Of a DNA stretch of 64,000 nucleotides, positions 17,986 through 28,408 are shown in pieces. Position 1 is the first letter of the stretch, and every line of letters starts with the position of its first letter. Origin of the DNA: a bacterium (GTDB taxonomy: Bacteria; Electryoneota; Electryoneia; Electryoneales; Electryoneaceae); assembly GCA_963669175.1 (NCBI GenBank), contig OY769902.1, forward strand, positions 4,288,001 to 4,352,000. Reading direction: 5' to 3'. The notes below the pieces were generated by a model that saw only the letters and a list, made by a program, of their open reading frames with translations, searched no databases and was not told where the DNA came from. Both the position numbers and the translations under genes were made by a program.

Positions 17986-20472
17986 ATGGATAACTGTATG
18001 CGTGTTGCGCTAGCCATTTTGTGCGGACTGATCTGTTTTACTGGCTCAGTTTTCGCGCTTCCTCCTCACCCGGATCTGCTTGAGCAGGTGCGTATGGGTG
18101 AAATAGCTCGTCCCGTTGCGTTTGATGCCACCGACCTTCTGGCGCAAAGCATCCCCCATGTTTCCTATGAACTGGATGAAGAAGTCAATACGATTGTGTT
18201 GCTGGTTTGCTTCAGCGACAGTGTTTGCTCGTTTAATGCACAGGAATTTGATACCCTTTTCTTCAGCAACGATTCCGGCAGCGTCAACCATTATTTCAAC
18301 GATTTGACCGGTGGAGGATTGACCTTTGCCACATCCAGTCTCCCCTCTTTCCTGGGCTGGCGTGGTCTACCGGAATCCAAAGCATGGTACATGAATGACC
18401 AGCAGGGATTGGGCGAATATCCACAGAATTCACAACGTCTGGTAATGGATGCGATTACGCAGGCCGACCCTTTTGTCGATTTCTCTGTGTATGATAATGA
18501 TGGTGATGGCGAAGTTGAGCAGGTGATTATCGTACATGCCGGACCATCCGCACAGCAGACCGGGCAGGCAAACGATCCCTGGAGTTTTACCGGAACAACA
18601 CAATTGCCTGTCGAGGTGGATGATATTGTAATCAACAACTTCATCCTGTTGCCGGAATATGTTTTGACCCATTCTGGCGCGCTTCCCCTGACGGTCGGCC
18701 CACCTGCGATGGAACTGGCCAAATCCTGGTTGGGTATGGTTGACCTCACCGATCCGCTTAATGAGCAGGCCAGTATCGGACAGTGGAGTTTGATGGCGTA
18801 CGGCTGCTGGAACGGTCCTCAGGAAGCAGGAGAATGCCCGGCATGGCCGGACCCATACAACCGTATGCTGGCAGGGCTGACTACGCCCTTCGCTCTCCAG
18901 CGTGACAGCATCAACGCCCTGATTCCCGCTGCATCTTTGAATGATATGGTGTTTCAGTTGTGGCGCGAGGGTGAAGTCGGAACCGAGTATTTCCTTCTGG
19001 AGAACCGCAGGCAAAGCGGGTATAATACGTATCTCCCGGGAGCAGGCCTGTTGTTGTACCATATAGACGAGACGGTTACCACGGGGAATCAATATCCCTG
19101 GTATCCCGGCGGCCCGGACAACGGGCATTTCCTGGTCGCTCTTGAACAGGCGGACAGCCACTGGGATCTGGAAACAGGGACGAATTTCGGCGATGCAGGC
19201 GACCCCTGGCCCGGCTCCACAAACGCACAGGTTTTCGACCAGGGCTCGGTCCCGAACAGCAGATCATACAGCGATGCGTATTCCCGGGTTGAGATACGGA
19301 ATATCTCGACCGCTGATTCGCTCATGCAGGCGATTTTGCGTGTCGGTATCGCCCCGGCGGTCGAAGCCCCGGATAACCTTGCAGCAGCGATCGACCAGAC
19401 GACGGGCGTTGTGACCCTGAACTGGGAATTCGACATCGTTGCCCAGACCGATGAACTTGCCTATGACAACAGCCAGTACACCGGGTTTTATTATTGGAAC
19501 GATGGCACGATGGCGGTTCGTTTTACCCCGCAGTCCATCTGCCAGGTTCTCGCGCTGAAATTCTTCACACGAAATGTTTCCACCTTCGAAGCCCAGGTTT
19601 TCTCTTTCCACGGCAACCAGCCCGACACAACCGCGCAGCATGCAACCCAGGCGACTTCAGAGCATTACAACTGGGTTACGGTTGATGTGGAGAACGGTGG
19701 TCTCTATTACAACACCAGTTTTGTTGCCGGTTTTCATGGCATGGATGAAATCGCCAGCCTTGGCGCGGATGCTTCCATTGAAACGGGAAGAAGCTGGGAT
19801 TATAACGGCGAGGAATGGAGCCAGTGGCCGGAAGCTTACCTGGTCCGTGCCGTGGTGCGCTATCTTGCAACAGGTGAAACAGTTATATTAACTCCTGATG
19901 GTACGTTGCCTGCTGTACAGGCCGCCGACGTAAAATCACCTAGCCTGGCTGACTTTGGCGCCATTCAGAACACAGACGAGCTTGATGAGTTCCTTGAGTT
20001 CAATGTCTACCGAAACTTTGAACTGATCGGGACAACAACAAATATTCTCTACTCGGATACACTGGACGAATTCGGGATGTACCGTTACTACGTAACTGCG
20101 CAACATGACATCGGAGAATCTTCTGCGTCCAACCAGCAATGGGTGCGTTATGAGGACCAGTCACTAGAACAGTGCGACAAAGACCTGCTTCCCGAAAAGT
20201 TCTCCATCGCTTCCGTGTATCCAAATCCATTTAATAACGAGGCTACGGTTACCATCCACCTTCCGGAGTCCGGTTATATGAAACTTGAGGTCTTTAACAT
20301 CCTGGGGGAAACTGCGGGTATCCTGGTCAGTTCTCCTTTTGCCGCAGGCGCCTGGGATTTTGAGATCAATGGCGCGTCTTTGTCATCCGGTATATACCTC
20401 CTTCGCGCAACATTAACCCCCCCCGGATCAAACACGAGAACAGCGTTTCATAAGATGGTCCTGTTGAAATAA
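17986..20472 (+). CDS. Secreted M6 (InhA-like) metalloprotease-fold protein with degenerate active site, split Fn3 and T9SS-like CTD
   Basis: DFSVYDNDGDG, IIVHAG, WSLMAYG, EYFLLENR, GLLLYHIDE, GDAGDPWPG; HExxH position reads MELAK; YPNPFN CTD. Confidence 0.88.
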   Translation: MDNCMRVALAILCGLICFTGSVFALPPHPDLLEQVRMGEIARPVAFDATDLLAQSIPHVSYELDEEVNTIVLLVCFSDSVCSFNAQEFDTLFFSNDSGSVNHYFNDLTGGGLTFATSSLPSFLGWRGLPESKAWYMNDQQGLGEYPQNSQRLVMDAITQADPFVDFSVYDNDGDGEVEQVIIVHAGPSAQQTGQANDPWSFTGTTQLPVEVDDIVINNFILLPEYVLTHSGALPLTVGPPAMELAKSWLGMVDLTDPLNEQASIGQWSLMAYGCWNGPQEAGECPAWPDPYNRMLAGLTTPFALQRDSINALIPAASLNDMVFQLWREGEVGTEYFLLENRRQSGYNTYLPGAGLLLYHIDETVTTGNQYPWYPGGPDNGHFLVALEQADSHWDLETGTNFGDAGDPWPGSTNAQVFDQGSVPNSRSYSDAYSRVEIRNISTADSLMQAILRVGIAPAVEAPDNLAAAIDQTTGVVTLNWEFDIVAQTDELAYDNSQYTGFYYWNDGTMAVRFTPQSICQVLALKFFTRNVSTFEAQVFSFHGNQPDTTAQHATQATSEHYNWVTVDVENGGLYYNTSFVAGFHGMDEIASLGADASIETGRSWDYNGEEWSQWPEAYLVRAVVRYLATGETVILTPDGTLPAVQAADVKSPSLADFGAIQNTDELDEFLEFNVYRNFELIGTTTNILYSDTLDEFGMYRYYVTAQHDIGESSASNQQWVRYEDQSLEQCDKDLLPEKFSIASVYPNPFNNEATVTIHLPESGYMKLEVFNILGETAGILVSSPFAAGAWDFEINGASLSSGIYLLRATLTPPGSNTRTAFHKMVLLK

Positions 20473-20508
20473 CCCAGGTGCTGAGTGTTACTTAAAAAGT
20501 GTCCCATT

Positions 20509-21106
20509 ATGTCATCCCCGGCTCATTCCCATGTCATCCCCGTCCCCATTCAATGTCATCCCCGGCTTGAACGGGGATCTCGAGGATACTGTAAAGAATG
20601 CTGAATTCGAACTGCGTTGTTTCACGCAAAGGAAGAAAACAAGAAAAGCATGGAAGAATGCCCTTGAGTACTGTTTGCCACTTCATGCTCTATCCCGATG
20701 CCTCAGGGGACTGGACGAGATAAAGGACACAGTGAGAGTTTTTCTGCTGAAATGCGAGATGTATAGCAGTTCTCGATTTTATTCCGTTATAATGGAGATT
20801 GCCGGGAAAAGGGGACGGGATCCTTTTCCTCCCGCTTATACAGACTATTCCTGAAGTATTCCTGGAATAGGAAACTGTCCCCTTTTCCGTGTAATTCCTG
20901 CCTGCTCTCAAGAAAAAGGGTACAGCCACCTTTCCCGGTCCATGCTCACACAGGGAAGGCTTTGCCACAGGAAAAAGAAACTGTCCCCTTCTTCTATGTC
21001 CTTTATTCCAACTATAGTGGGTTGCACAAATAACATTGCATAGGACAGCAATATTTCGAGATCCCCGGTTGATCCCCGACTACAACATTCGGGGAGGGGA
21101 TGACAT
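20509..21106. repeat. GTCATCCCC/GGGGATGAC REP-like inverted pair enclosing a second element
   Basis: ATGTCATCCCC x3 (20509, 20531, 20553) and GGGGATCTCGA at 20573; mirrored by TCGAGATCCCC at 21056 and GGGGATGACAT at 21096. Confidence 0.75.
20762..21017 (-). repeat. Dispersed intergenic element, reverse-oriented copy
   Basis: Reverse complement aligns with 44240-44505, for example CCTGCCTGCTCTCAAGAAAAAGGGTACAGCCACCTTTCCCGGTCC. Confidence 0.9.
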
Positions 21107-21402
21107 GATGCGTCATTTTTCTCGAGTACTGCTATAGTTTTGCTTTACAGCAACCGAAAAAAAGAAACAATCGTCAAATCTGTCCCTCTTTACGCTCCTT
21201 TGTTGAATCGTCAACGCTATATTATCTGATTACCTTTGCCTCAGTGAGAGTTCCATGTTTACTTTCAGCCCGTCTCCTGTGACGGAAGTCCTTTGGGAGC
21301 GGCCGGAAACCATTGTATCATGGTAGAGTACAACGGGAAAAACAGGGACAATTCCCTTGTGGATCGGTTCACCAGTGCAACCTATAGAATAGAAGAGAAC
21401 CC

Positions 21403-22257
21403 ATGCACCCCATTTTGATAGATTTGGGCCGTTTCAAACTCCACAGCTATGGTTTGATGATGTTCATCGCTTTTGTTGTGGGGATTTACATTGCACACAG
21501 GCGTGGCAAAAAGTGGGGATTCCCCGAGGGGGCCGTCCTCGATATTTGTACGGCTATTATCATCTCCGGGCTGGTGGGATCGCGGCTACTGTACATTTTC
21601 ACACACCTCAGCGAGTTCAAAGGCAGGTGGTTGGACACATTCAATCCGTTCCAATCCGATGGCCAGATCGGTATCGCCGGACTGGTATTCCTGGGTGGTG
21701 TAATTTTATCGCTGGCAACGATGTATGTCATGGCGCGAATCCGTAAGATTCCAATGATGCAGGTCTATGATGTTTTCGCGCCAACCCTTCCTTTAGGTGT
21801 CGGTTTCGGCAGAATCGGCTGTTTTCTGAACGGCTGTTGTTTCGGTCAACCGACGGACGCCTGGTGGGGCATCATATTCCCGGCGGGTGAATGTCCTGCA
21901 GGGAGTGTGTTTCCTCATACGGCTATTCATCCGACGCAACTGATTGCTTCTGCTTCGGGGTTTATCATTTTCGCTATTGTCCTGCTCGCTGAAAAGAAGT
22001 TCCGCACCCATAACGGTTTTTCCACCGGGCTGGTGCTGTTCCTGCTCGGGTTTTACAGGTTTTTTAACGAGATGATCCGTTACCATGATGAATCTCTATA
22101 TATTCATCATTACCACGATGGCTTTTTCACAATCAGCCAGGGCATTTCTTTAGGACTGATGATTATCGGCGCCGGTGTATTTTTCATAACAAGGAAACTT
22201 CAGGATAGCAACGGAGCCGTTATCCGGAACCAACGGAGTACGCATGACGAGAGTTAA
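21403..22257 (+). CDS. lgt: Prolipoprotein diacylglyceryl transferase
   Basis: SYGLM, GSRLLY, GRIGCFLNGCCFG and HPTQL. Confidence 0.93.
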   Translation: MHPILIDLGRFKLHSYGLMMFIAFVVGIYIAHRRGKKWGFPEGAVLDICTAIIISGLVGSRLLYIFTHLSEFKGRWLDTFNPFQSDGQIGIAGLVFLGGVILSLATMYVMARIRKIPMMQVYDVFAPTLPLGVGFGRIGCFLNGCCFGQPTDAWWGIIFPAGECPAGSVFPHTAIHPTQLIASASGFIIFAIVLLAEKKFRTHNGFSTGLVLFLLGFYRFFNEMIRYHDESLYIHHYHDGFFTISQGISLGLMIIGAGVFFITRKLQDSNGAVIRNQRSTHDES

Positions 22258-24034
22258 CCTGACAAAGAGCGGTCTTATTGCATTCCTGATTCTGCTGCTG
22301 GCATTGCCGGTTGTGTACGCAGAAGAAGAAGCGACGGGCACGGAGACCGAGGCCGAATTACAGGCACAAAGCGAACGTGACCTTCTTCAGGATATCCGTG
22401 AATACATCTTCCTGTATGGTACGATTTATCGTGAACTGAACGAGAATTACGTAGACCAGATTGACCCCAAGGAGTTCATGCAGGCCGGGATTGATGGCAT
22501 GCTGGAAACGCTCGATCCCTACACCGAATACTTCGAACCGGAAGAAACGGACGATATCGACCTGATTACCCAGGGGAAGTACGGCGGTATTGGTATTCAG
22601 ATCGGACTGCGTGGCCCGGACCGTGAACTTACGATTATTGCTCCCATAGAAGGCACCCCCGGTTGGCGTCTGGGGCTTCGTCCCGGCGACAGGATCATTA
22701 AAATCGAAGATGAATCGACCGCCGGTTTTAACACCAAGGACGCGGCTGACCGTATGCGCGGTACTCCCGGCGACACTGTCAGCATCACCATCAAACGCCC
22801 GGGCATCGACGAGCCCATCGAGTACAACATCAAGCGTGAGATTATCCCGGTCATTGACATCAGCTATTCCGGGTTCATTGAACCGGGTGTCGGCTATATC
22901 CGGTTTACACGCTTCAGCCGTAACGGTGGCAACCAGCTCCGTGCGGCCATCGATTCCCTGATGAACCTGGACATGGAAGCATTGATTTTTGACTTGCGTG
23001 GCAATCCGGGCGGCCTGCTGCATGAAGCAGTGGATGTTTCCGAGAACTTCCTGCCCAAGGGTTCGCTGGTAGTGTCCACGAAGGGACGTTTCCCGCAGTC
23101 CAACCGTGAGTTCTATACACGCACAAAGCCTTCGCTTCCGGAAGGCATTCCCTTGGTGGTGCTGGTGAATGAGGGTTCCGCCTCGGCCAGTGAAATCGTT
23201 TCCGGCGCGGTTCAGGACCATGACCGTGGAGTTATCGTAGGACGCACCAGTTTCGGCAAGGGACTTGTTCAGTCCATTCTTGATTTTGACCGTTACGGCA
23301 CCAAGCTGAAACTGACAACCGCCAAATACTATACACCTTCCGGCCGCCTGATTCAGAAGATTGACTATTTCTCCGACAACAAGGCATTGATCCAGACCGG
23401 CGATACGGATGAACTGGAATCCAGCAAGTTCTTTACCGGGAATGGCCGTCCGGTAAATGCACATGGCGGTATCCAGCCGGACTTTGATGTTGAAATGCCG
23501 GAAGTCGGGTACGCTGTGATCGAGTTATGGCGTCAGGGGAAATTCTTCGAATTCGTTGATAAGTATGTCAGCGAACACCCCGAACAGCAATCCTTTGAAA
23601 TTACGGATGACATGTGGGTTTCCTTCAAGGACTTCCTGCAGGAAACCGAGTTTACTTTCAAGACCGAAACGGAACGTCAGCTTGAACGTATCCGAGAAGA
23701 TGCGGAAGTGTTCCACTACGGCGACGCCTTCCTGAAAGAGCTGGAAGATCTGGAAGAGATGAGCCAGCAGACTCGCGCGAGCATGCTGGATGCCGACGAA
23801 AGGGAAATCCGTATCCGATTGGAATCGGAATTGGCCTCACGAATTTTTGGCTCAAAAGAACGTGTTGAAGCCGCTCTGCAATATGATCCCCAGATACAGA
23901 AAGCGCTGGAGATCATTCATAACCAACAGTTGTACGGCGATGTCCTGAGTGGCAAGTTTGTCCCTGAGAAACCTGCCAAGGAAGAAGATGAACACGCCGA
24001 TGCACAGGTTGAGATGGACGAAGAAGAGTATTAA
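22244..24034 (+). CDS. ctpA: S41 carboxyl-terminal processing protease
   Basis: LDPYT, PDZ GGIGI, DLRGNPGG, SASASEI and FGKGLVQ. Confidence 0.95.
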   Translation: MTRVNLTKSGLIAFLILLLALPVVYAEEEATGTETEAELQAQSERDLLQDIREYIFLYGTIYRELNENYVDQIDPKEFMQAGIDGMLETLDPYTEYFEPEETDDIDLITQGKYGGIGIQIGLRGPDRELTIIAPIEGTPGWRLGLRPGDRIIKIEDESTAGFNTKDAADRMRGTPGDTVSITIKRPGIDEPIEYNIKREIIPVIDISYSGFIEPGVGYIRFTRFSRNGGNQLRAAIDSLMNLDMEALIFDLRGNPGGLLHEAVDVSENFLPKGSLVVSTKGRFPQSNREFYTRTKPSLPEGIPLVVLVNEGSASASEIVSGAVQDHDRGVIVGRTSFGKGLVQSILDFDRYGTKLKLTTAKYYTPSGRLIQKIDYFSDNKALIQTGDTDELESSKFFTGNGRPVNAHGGIQPDFDVEMPEVGYAVIELWRQGKFFEFVDKYVSEHPEQQSFEITDDMWVSFKDFLQETEFTFKTETERQLERIREDAEVFHYGDAFLKELEDLEEMSQQTRASMLDADEREIRIRLESELASRIFGSKERVEAALQYDPQIQKALEIIHNQQLYGDVLSGKFVPEKPAKEEDEHADAQVEMDEEEY

Positions 24035-24056
24035 TATCCTCGAGATAGCCACTCCC

Positions 24057-24087
24057 AACGCCTTCCAGATGCGGAAGGCGTTTTTTT
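24057..24087 (+). terminator. Rho-independent terminator
   Basis: AACGCCTTCC-loop-GGAAGGCGTT followed by a T run. Confidence 0.85.
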
Positions 24088-24219
24088 GTATCGTGCATCA
24101 ATGGACGGGTACTTTCCATTGCGTGATTTCCTTACCTTTGTTGCTGATAGCGACAAGCATTTCTCGACCAGGCACAACAGATACCGATACTGATCAAACC
24201 TTGCAAAAGGCAGGCTTTC

Positions 24220-24987
24220 ATGAGCGACGAACCTGTTTCTGTCCAATTGCCATCGGATGAGGAAATCATCCCGGGTGCGCTATACGTGGTCGCCACGCCT
24301 ATCGGTCACCTTGGAGATATCACATTGCGCGCCCTGCACATCCTCGACTCTGTCGACCTGATCGCTTCTGAGGACACCCGCAGAACCAGGATTTTGCTGG
24401 ACCGCTATGGCATTTCAACACCAACCGTTGCCTACCATGAGCATAATGCGCGCAAGGTTCTGCCTGATCTTCTGAACAAATTGAAGGCTGGACAGGCGCT
24501 GGCGCAGGTGAGTGATGCCGGGACACCCGGCGTTTCCGATCCGGGGTATCGTCTGATTCATGAGGCGGTTGAAGCAGGTATAACAGTCGTTCCCATCGCC
24601 GGTGTAAGCGCTTTGCTGGCGGCGCTGATTCCTTCCGGTCTGCCGTTGGACAAGTTTGTTTTTGAGGGTTTTCTTCCCCGAAAGAAAGGGCGTCACACAC
24701 GCCTTGTGGAATTGTCGGAAGAGACAAGGACATTCGTCATTTTCGAATCACCACTGAGAACTGCACGAACGCTCCGGGATCTTGCTGACAGGTTGGGCAC
24801 GGAGAGGAAAGCTGTGCTCTGCCGGGAACTGACCAAGCGGTTTGAGGAGTTTGTATACGGAACCCTGGGCGAACTTTCGCAGAAATACGAGGAACACCCG
24901 CCCAAAGGTGAGGTAACCCTGGTTATTGAGGGATTGGGTAAAAAGGCCAGAGGTAAAAGTAAAAACGAAACCAGAAAAGATGACTGA
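24220..24987 (+). CDS. rsmI: 16S rRNA C1402 2'-O-methyltransferase
   Basis: LYVVATPIG, EDTR, SDAGTPGVSDPG and RELTKRFEE. Confidence 0.95.
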   Translation: MSDEPVSVQLPSDEEIIPGALYVVATPIGHLGDITLRALHILDSVDLIASEDTRRTRILLDRYGISTPTVAYHEHNARKVLPDLLNKLKAGQALAQVSDAGTPGVSDPGYRLIHEAVEAGITVVPIAGVSALLAALIPSGLPLDKFVFEGFLPRKKGRHTRLVELSEETRTFVIFESPLRTARTLRDLADRLGTERKAVLCRELTKRFEEFVYGTLGELSQKYEEHPPKGEVTLVIEGLGKKARGKSKNETRKDD

Positions 24988-25879
24988 TAAAAAGCAGAAA
25001 GTTCGGGTTCTATTTAATCCAAAATCCGGGTTTCACTGGACCCTGGATGACATGATTCACTCTGTCGAAAAGTACTGGAATGTGGATGATACAGACCTGA
25101 CTTACCAGGTATCCAAATCGAAAGAGGATGGTGAAGCGAAAGTTAAACGCGCTATTGAACAAGGTGTTGATGTTATCATGGTGGTTGGTGGCGACGGCAT
25201 GGTCAACAGTATTGGCGGGGCATTGATTGGTAGCCAGACTGCGCTCGGCGTGATCCCGGCCGGTAGTGGAAATGGTTTTGCGCGGCATTTTAACATTCCC
25301 GGAGATCCTGACAAGGCCGCTGCCAGTCTGCGCAAAGCAGAACGGAAAACAATTGATGTCGGCTATGCCAATGGTCACCCGTTCTTCGTAACCTGCGGAT
25401 TTGCCTGGGACGCAGATGTTGCAAGACAATTCTCGAAAACACCAATGCGTGGTGTGTTTCCCTATGTGCTGGCCGGAATTTACGGCTACTTCACCTATGA
25501 GCCACAGAAATTTGAGCTGGAATTGGACGGCAAACCTTTGACGGTTGATAAGCCGATGATTCTAACCATCGCCAACTTGACACAATTCGGTGCAGGCGCT
25601 CAAATCGCGCCCGACGCTCGACCTGATGATGACCTTTTGGAGCTGGTGATAGTCGAATCAACCGATCCTGTACAACTGCTGGCTAATATCTCGCGCTTGT
25701 TTGACGGTACGTTAAACCGTGTGAAAGCCATCGAATACAAACGATTCAAACGAATGACCGTGCGCCGGGAGCGACCAGATCCAATTCAGGTCGATGGGGA
25801 GTTGCTTGAAGCCCCGAAAGAGTTTATCGTAGAGGTGCGGCCTGCTGCATTGCAGGTTTTGGTTCCCACGGCTTCATGA
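24980..25879 (+). CDS. Diacylglycerol kinase family lipid kinase (YegS/BmrU-like)
   Basis: NPKSG, GGDG, PAGSGNGFA and QVDGE. Confidence 0.92.
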   Translation: MTDKKQKVRVLFNPKSGFHWTLDDMIHSVEKYWNVDDTDLTYQVSKSKEDGEAKVKRAIEQGVDVIMVVGGDGMVNSIGGALIGSQTALGVIPAGSGNGFARHFNIPGDPDKAAASLRKAERKTIDVGYANGHPFFVTCGFAWDADVARQFSKTPMRGVFPYVLAGIYGYFTYEPQKFELELDGKPLTVDKPMILTIANLTQFGAGAQIAPDARPDDDLLELVIVESTDPVQLLANISRLFDGTLNRVKAIEYKRFKRMTVRRERPDPIQVDGELLEAPKEFIVEVRPAALQVLVPTAS

Positions 25880-25904
25880 TACTGGATCAGAAGGAGACCC
25901 GGGC

Positions 25905-26663
25905 ATGATCGTTCCAACCCTGAAATCTTCATTTTTACCGTTGAGTATACTCTTTATTGCTGCGCTGTTCCTGTCCTTCTCCGCGTTCGCATCCCCCCCC
26001 TTATCCGATGACAAAATCGAGAGTATTTACAACTATACGGTGAAGATACAGGATGCCATGTCGGTGATGCAGTACAATGTGCTCAGCACGTTCAACCGTA
26101 TGGGCGATGGCGACGAGATCAAGGACAGTCAGGTCAACACCATGCTTGCTGTTCCGCGTGATGGCGAAGAACACCTGCTGATTCTTCTGGATGAGGATGG
26201 CCAGGCAACAGATACACTGAATAACAAAGAAGACCAGGAATCTGTGAAAGCAGGTCCGTTGGAAGCATTTGAACCAGAAAACCGGAACAAGTATTCCTTT
26301 ACCAATGAAGGATTCACAGAGGATGGTTTCCTTATTGTTGGCTTGGCGCCCAATGATGAGGTGGTTGACGGTTTCCTCGGCAAGGTATTCGTTGATACTG
26401 TCGAATGGGCTCCTCACCGTGTTTCCGGCGCACCTTACCCTCTTCCGGACAAGGTGCAGGAAATGGATATGTCGATCATATTTGCTCCTGTTCCAGCAGC
26501 GAATGGCATTTACCTGCCTGAATCTACGCTGACTACAGGCATGGCCAAAGCCATGATCTTTTTCAAGATTAATTTTAAGGTGATACAGGAATTCTCGAAC
26601 TACTCTGCTATATCGGATTTGCCTTCTTCAATAGCGCCAGAATCATCAAATACAGAGGAGTAA
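25905..26663 (+). CDS. Exported hypothetical protein
   Basis: SD AAGGAG, signal peptide, operonic spacing. Confidence 0.7.
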   Translation: MIVPTLKSSFLPLSILFIAALFLSFSAFASPPLSDDKIESIYNYTVKIQDAMSVMQYNVLSTFNRMGDGDEIKDSQVNTMLAVPRDGEEHLLILLDEDGQATDTLNNKEDQESVKAGPLEAFEPENRNKYSFTNEGFTEDGFLIVGLAPNDEVVDGFLGKVFVDTVEWAPHRVSGAPYPLPDKVQEMDMSIIFAPVPAANGIYLPESTLTTGMAKAMIFFKINFKVIQEFSNYSAISDLPSSIAPESSNTEE

Positions 26664-26670
26664 TAGACAG

Positions 26671-28272
26671 ATGAAATGGAAAAACCTGATATTTCTGTTG
26701 GTTCTGGCCTTACCTGTCCTTTCAAGTGTGGGGTGTGAAAAGAAAACCATAACAGAAGAGGGCCTCTCACCCCAGGTTCACCATTTGTGGCTTGAACATC
26801 CAACTCCCTGGACAAAGGAAGCGGCACAGAAGGCAGCGGATGCTGCGTTTGGATTGCTTACTGAGTACAGCGAGGATATTCAGCTTCGCTATTATTGGGA
26901 AGACCGTCTGCTGACTGCCAATCCAGCACATTTGCGTCGTATTTTAAAACAAAACGCTCTAACTTACCCGGACAATCTTATATCACAATTGCTGTACGCC
27001 CGAATCAATCCAAATACAGATGAAGCCATAAAAACAGTCAGCAGGCTTGCGAAGAAACATTCAAAAGAACCATTTACAATATCGACACTTGCGCTGTTTT
27101 ACCTGATATCGGCCCCCCCAGAGTATGATCAGGCTGAGATACTGGCGAAACGTGCCCTGATACTTGCGCCCAATCTACCTCAGAGTAATCATGTCATGGC
27201 CAAGGTACTGCTGGCCCGGCAAAAAGCCGCGGAAGCTGAAGAATATGCCCGGAAGGCCTATGAGACCTACCCTGCCTCCTTCGAGATTGTTGCGACTCTT
27301 GCAGCCTGTTATGAAGCTCAATCCAAATTGAAAGAATCCATCACATTACTTCAGCATTATAATGCAGGTCATCCCAATAACCCGGCTTTGGTCAATGCAC
27401 TCGCTGCACGGTATGAAGCCATGAAGCAATATGACAGAATGTTCGAATTATTGCGCAGCAGGGCTGAAAGTGTGCCTGAAGATGGATGGGCCTGGTATGA
27501 TCTTGCTCGAACCTACGCACACTTCCAAAATCCGGATAGTTCGATTGCAGCCCTTAACCATGCTGTTGATAACGGGTTTTATGACTATCACCTGCTCAGT
27601 ATCGAACTGAAGGATGAGCAGAATCCGTTCTTCCTGTTCTGGCGTTATTTGAAAACGGCTCAGAACCTGCAAAAAGGATTGCCATTACGGGAAGCCCTGG
27701 ACAATCTTGAACCACCGGTTGATCATACAATCGCCTCACGTATTTCCGCTGATTTTTCCAAGGCACAAAAAAGGATGCTGGATGCTCAACGCAGCAGCAA
27801 AGAAGAGCGTATGACTGCTGCCCTGGTGGACACACTTGCGACTCCGGCGCCAGACTTCAGCCTGGTCAATCTTGAAGGGGATACGGTTTCCCTGGCTGAC
27901 TATAAGGGCGAAGCGGTTGTGCTTCATTTTCACTCGTTAAACTCGCAACAGACGCCATACATACTCCCGCGCCTTCGTGGTTTTTACATTACACAGGCGA
28001 CTCCGGGACGTGACAGCCAACTCCTGACCATCAATATTGATGGCGGTGATGTAGCCAGTGATCTGCGATCAAGCTTTGACGGGAAAGGCGTACTGTGGCC
28101 GGTATTGCTTGCTGATCAATCAATCCTGGAAGAGTTTGATGTGATAGAAACTCCGAGCTTTATTATCATTGATCCAGACGGTCAGATTCGTTATCAGATC
28201 GAAGGCTATATCCCATTCCTGGATGAGACTCTGGGCTGGATGAGTAAATCTCTGCTTCCTGAAAACAAGTAG
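26671..28272 (+). CDS. TPR lipoprotein with C-terminal TlpA/redoxin-like domain lacking CxxC
   Basis: Lipobox SVGC; TPR helices; APDFSLVNLEGDTVSLADYKG; TPSFIIIDPDGQIR. Confidence 0.85.
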   Translation: MKWKNLIFLLVLALPVLSSVGCEKKTITEEGLSPQVHHLWLEHPTPWTKEAAQKAADAAFGLLTEYSEDIQLRYYWEDRLLTANPAHLRRILKQNALTYPDNLISQLLYARINPNTDEAIKTVSRLAKKHSKEPFTISTLALFYLISAPPEYDQAEILAKRALILAPNLPQSNHVMAKVLLARQKAAEAEEYARKAYETYPASFEIVATLAACYEAQSKLKESITLLQHYNAGHPNNPALVNALAARYEAMKQYDRMFELLRSRAESVPEDGWAWYDLARTYAHFQNPDSSIAALNHAVDNGFYDYHLLSIELKDEQNPFFLFWRYLKTAQNLQKGLPLREALDNLEPPVDHTIASRISADFSKAQKRMLDAQRSSKEERMTAALVDTLATPAPDFSLVNLEGDTVSLADYKGEAVVLHFHSLNSQQTPYILPRLRGFYITQATPGRDSQLLTINIDGGDVASDLRSSFDGKGVLWPVLLADQSILEEFDVIETPSFIIIDPDGQIRYQIEGYIPFLDETLGWMSKSLLPENK

Positions 28273-28408
28273 AGCAGGGAACGCAGGCAGACTATCTCCA
28301 TATTTCCCTTCCAATTTTTGTATATTGGCGCATGAGATTTATTCAGCTTAGTTTCGGATAGCGATATTGTATCGTGATAGCGGCAAAGGTTTTAAAAGGA
28401 GTAGCAGG

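Noticed and set aside
20531-20968. Small ORFs resembling those at 15571-15753 and 44204-44548
   Set aside because: They are translations of the non-coding dispersed repeat, with frames not conserved between copies.
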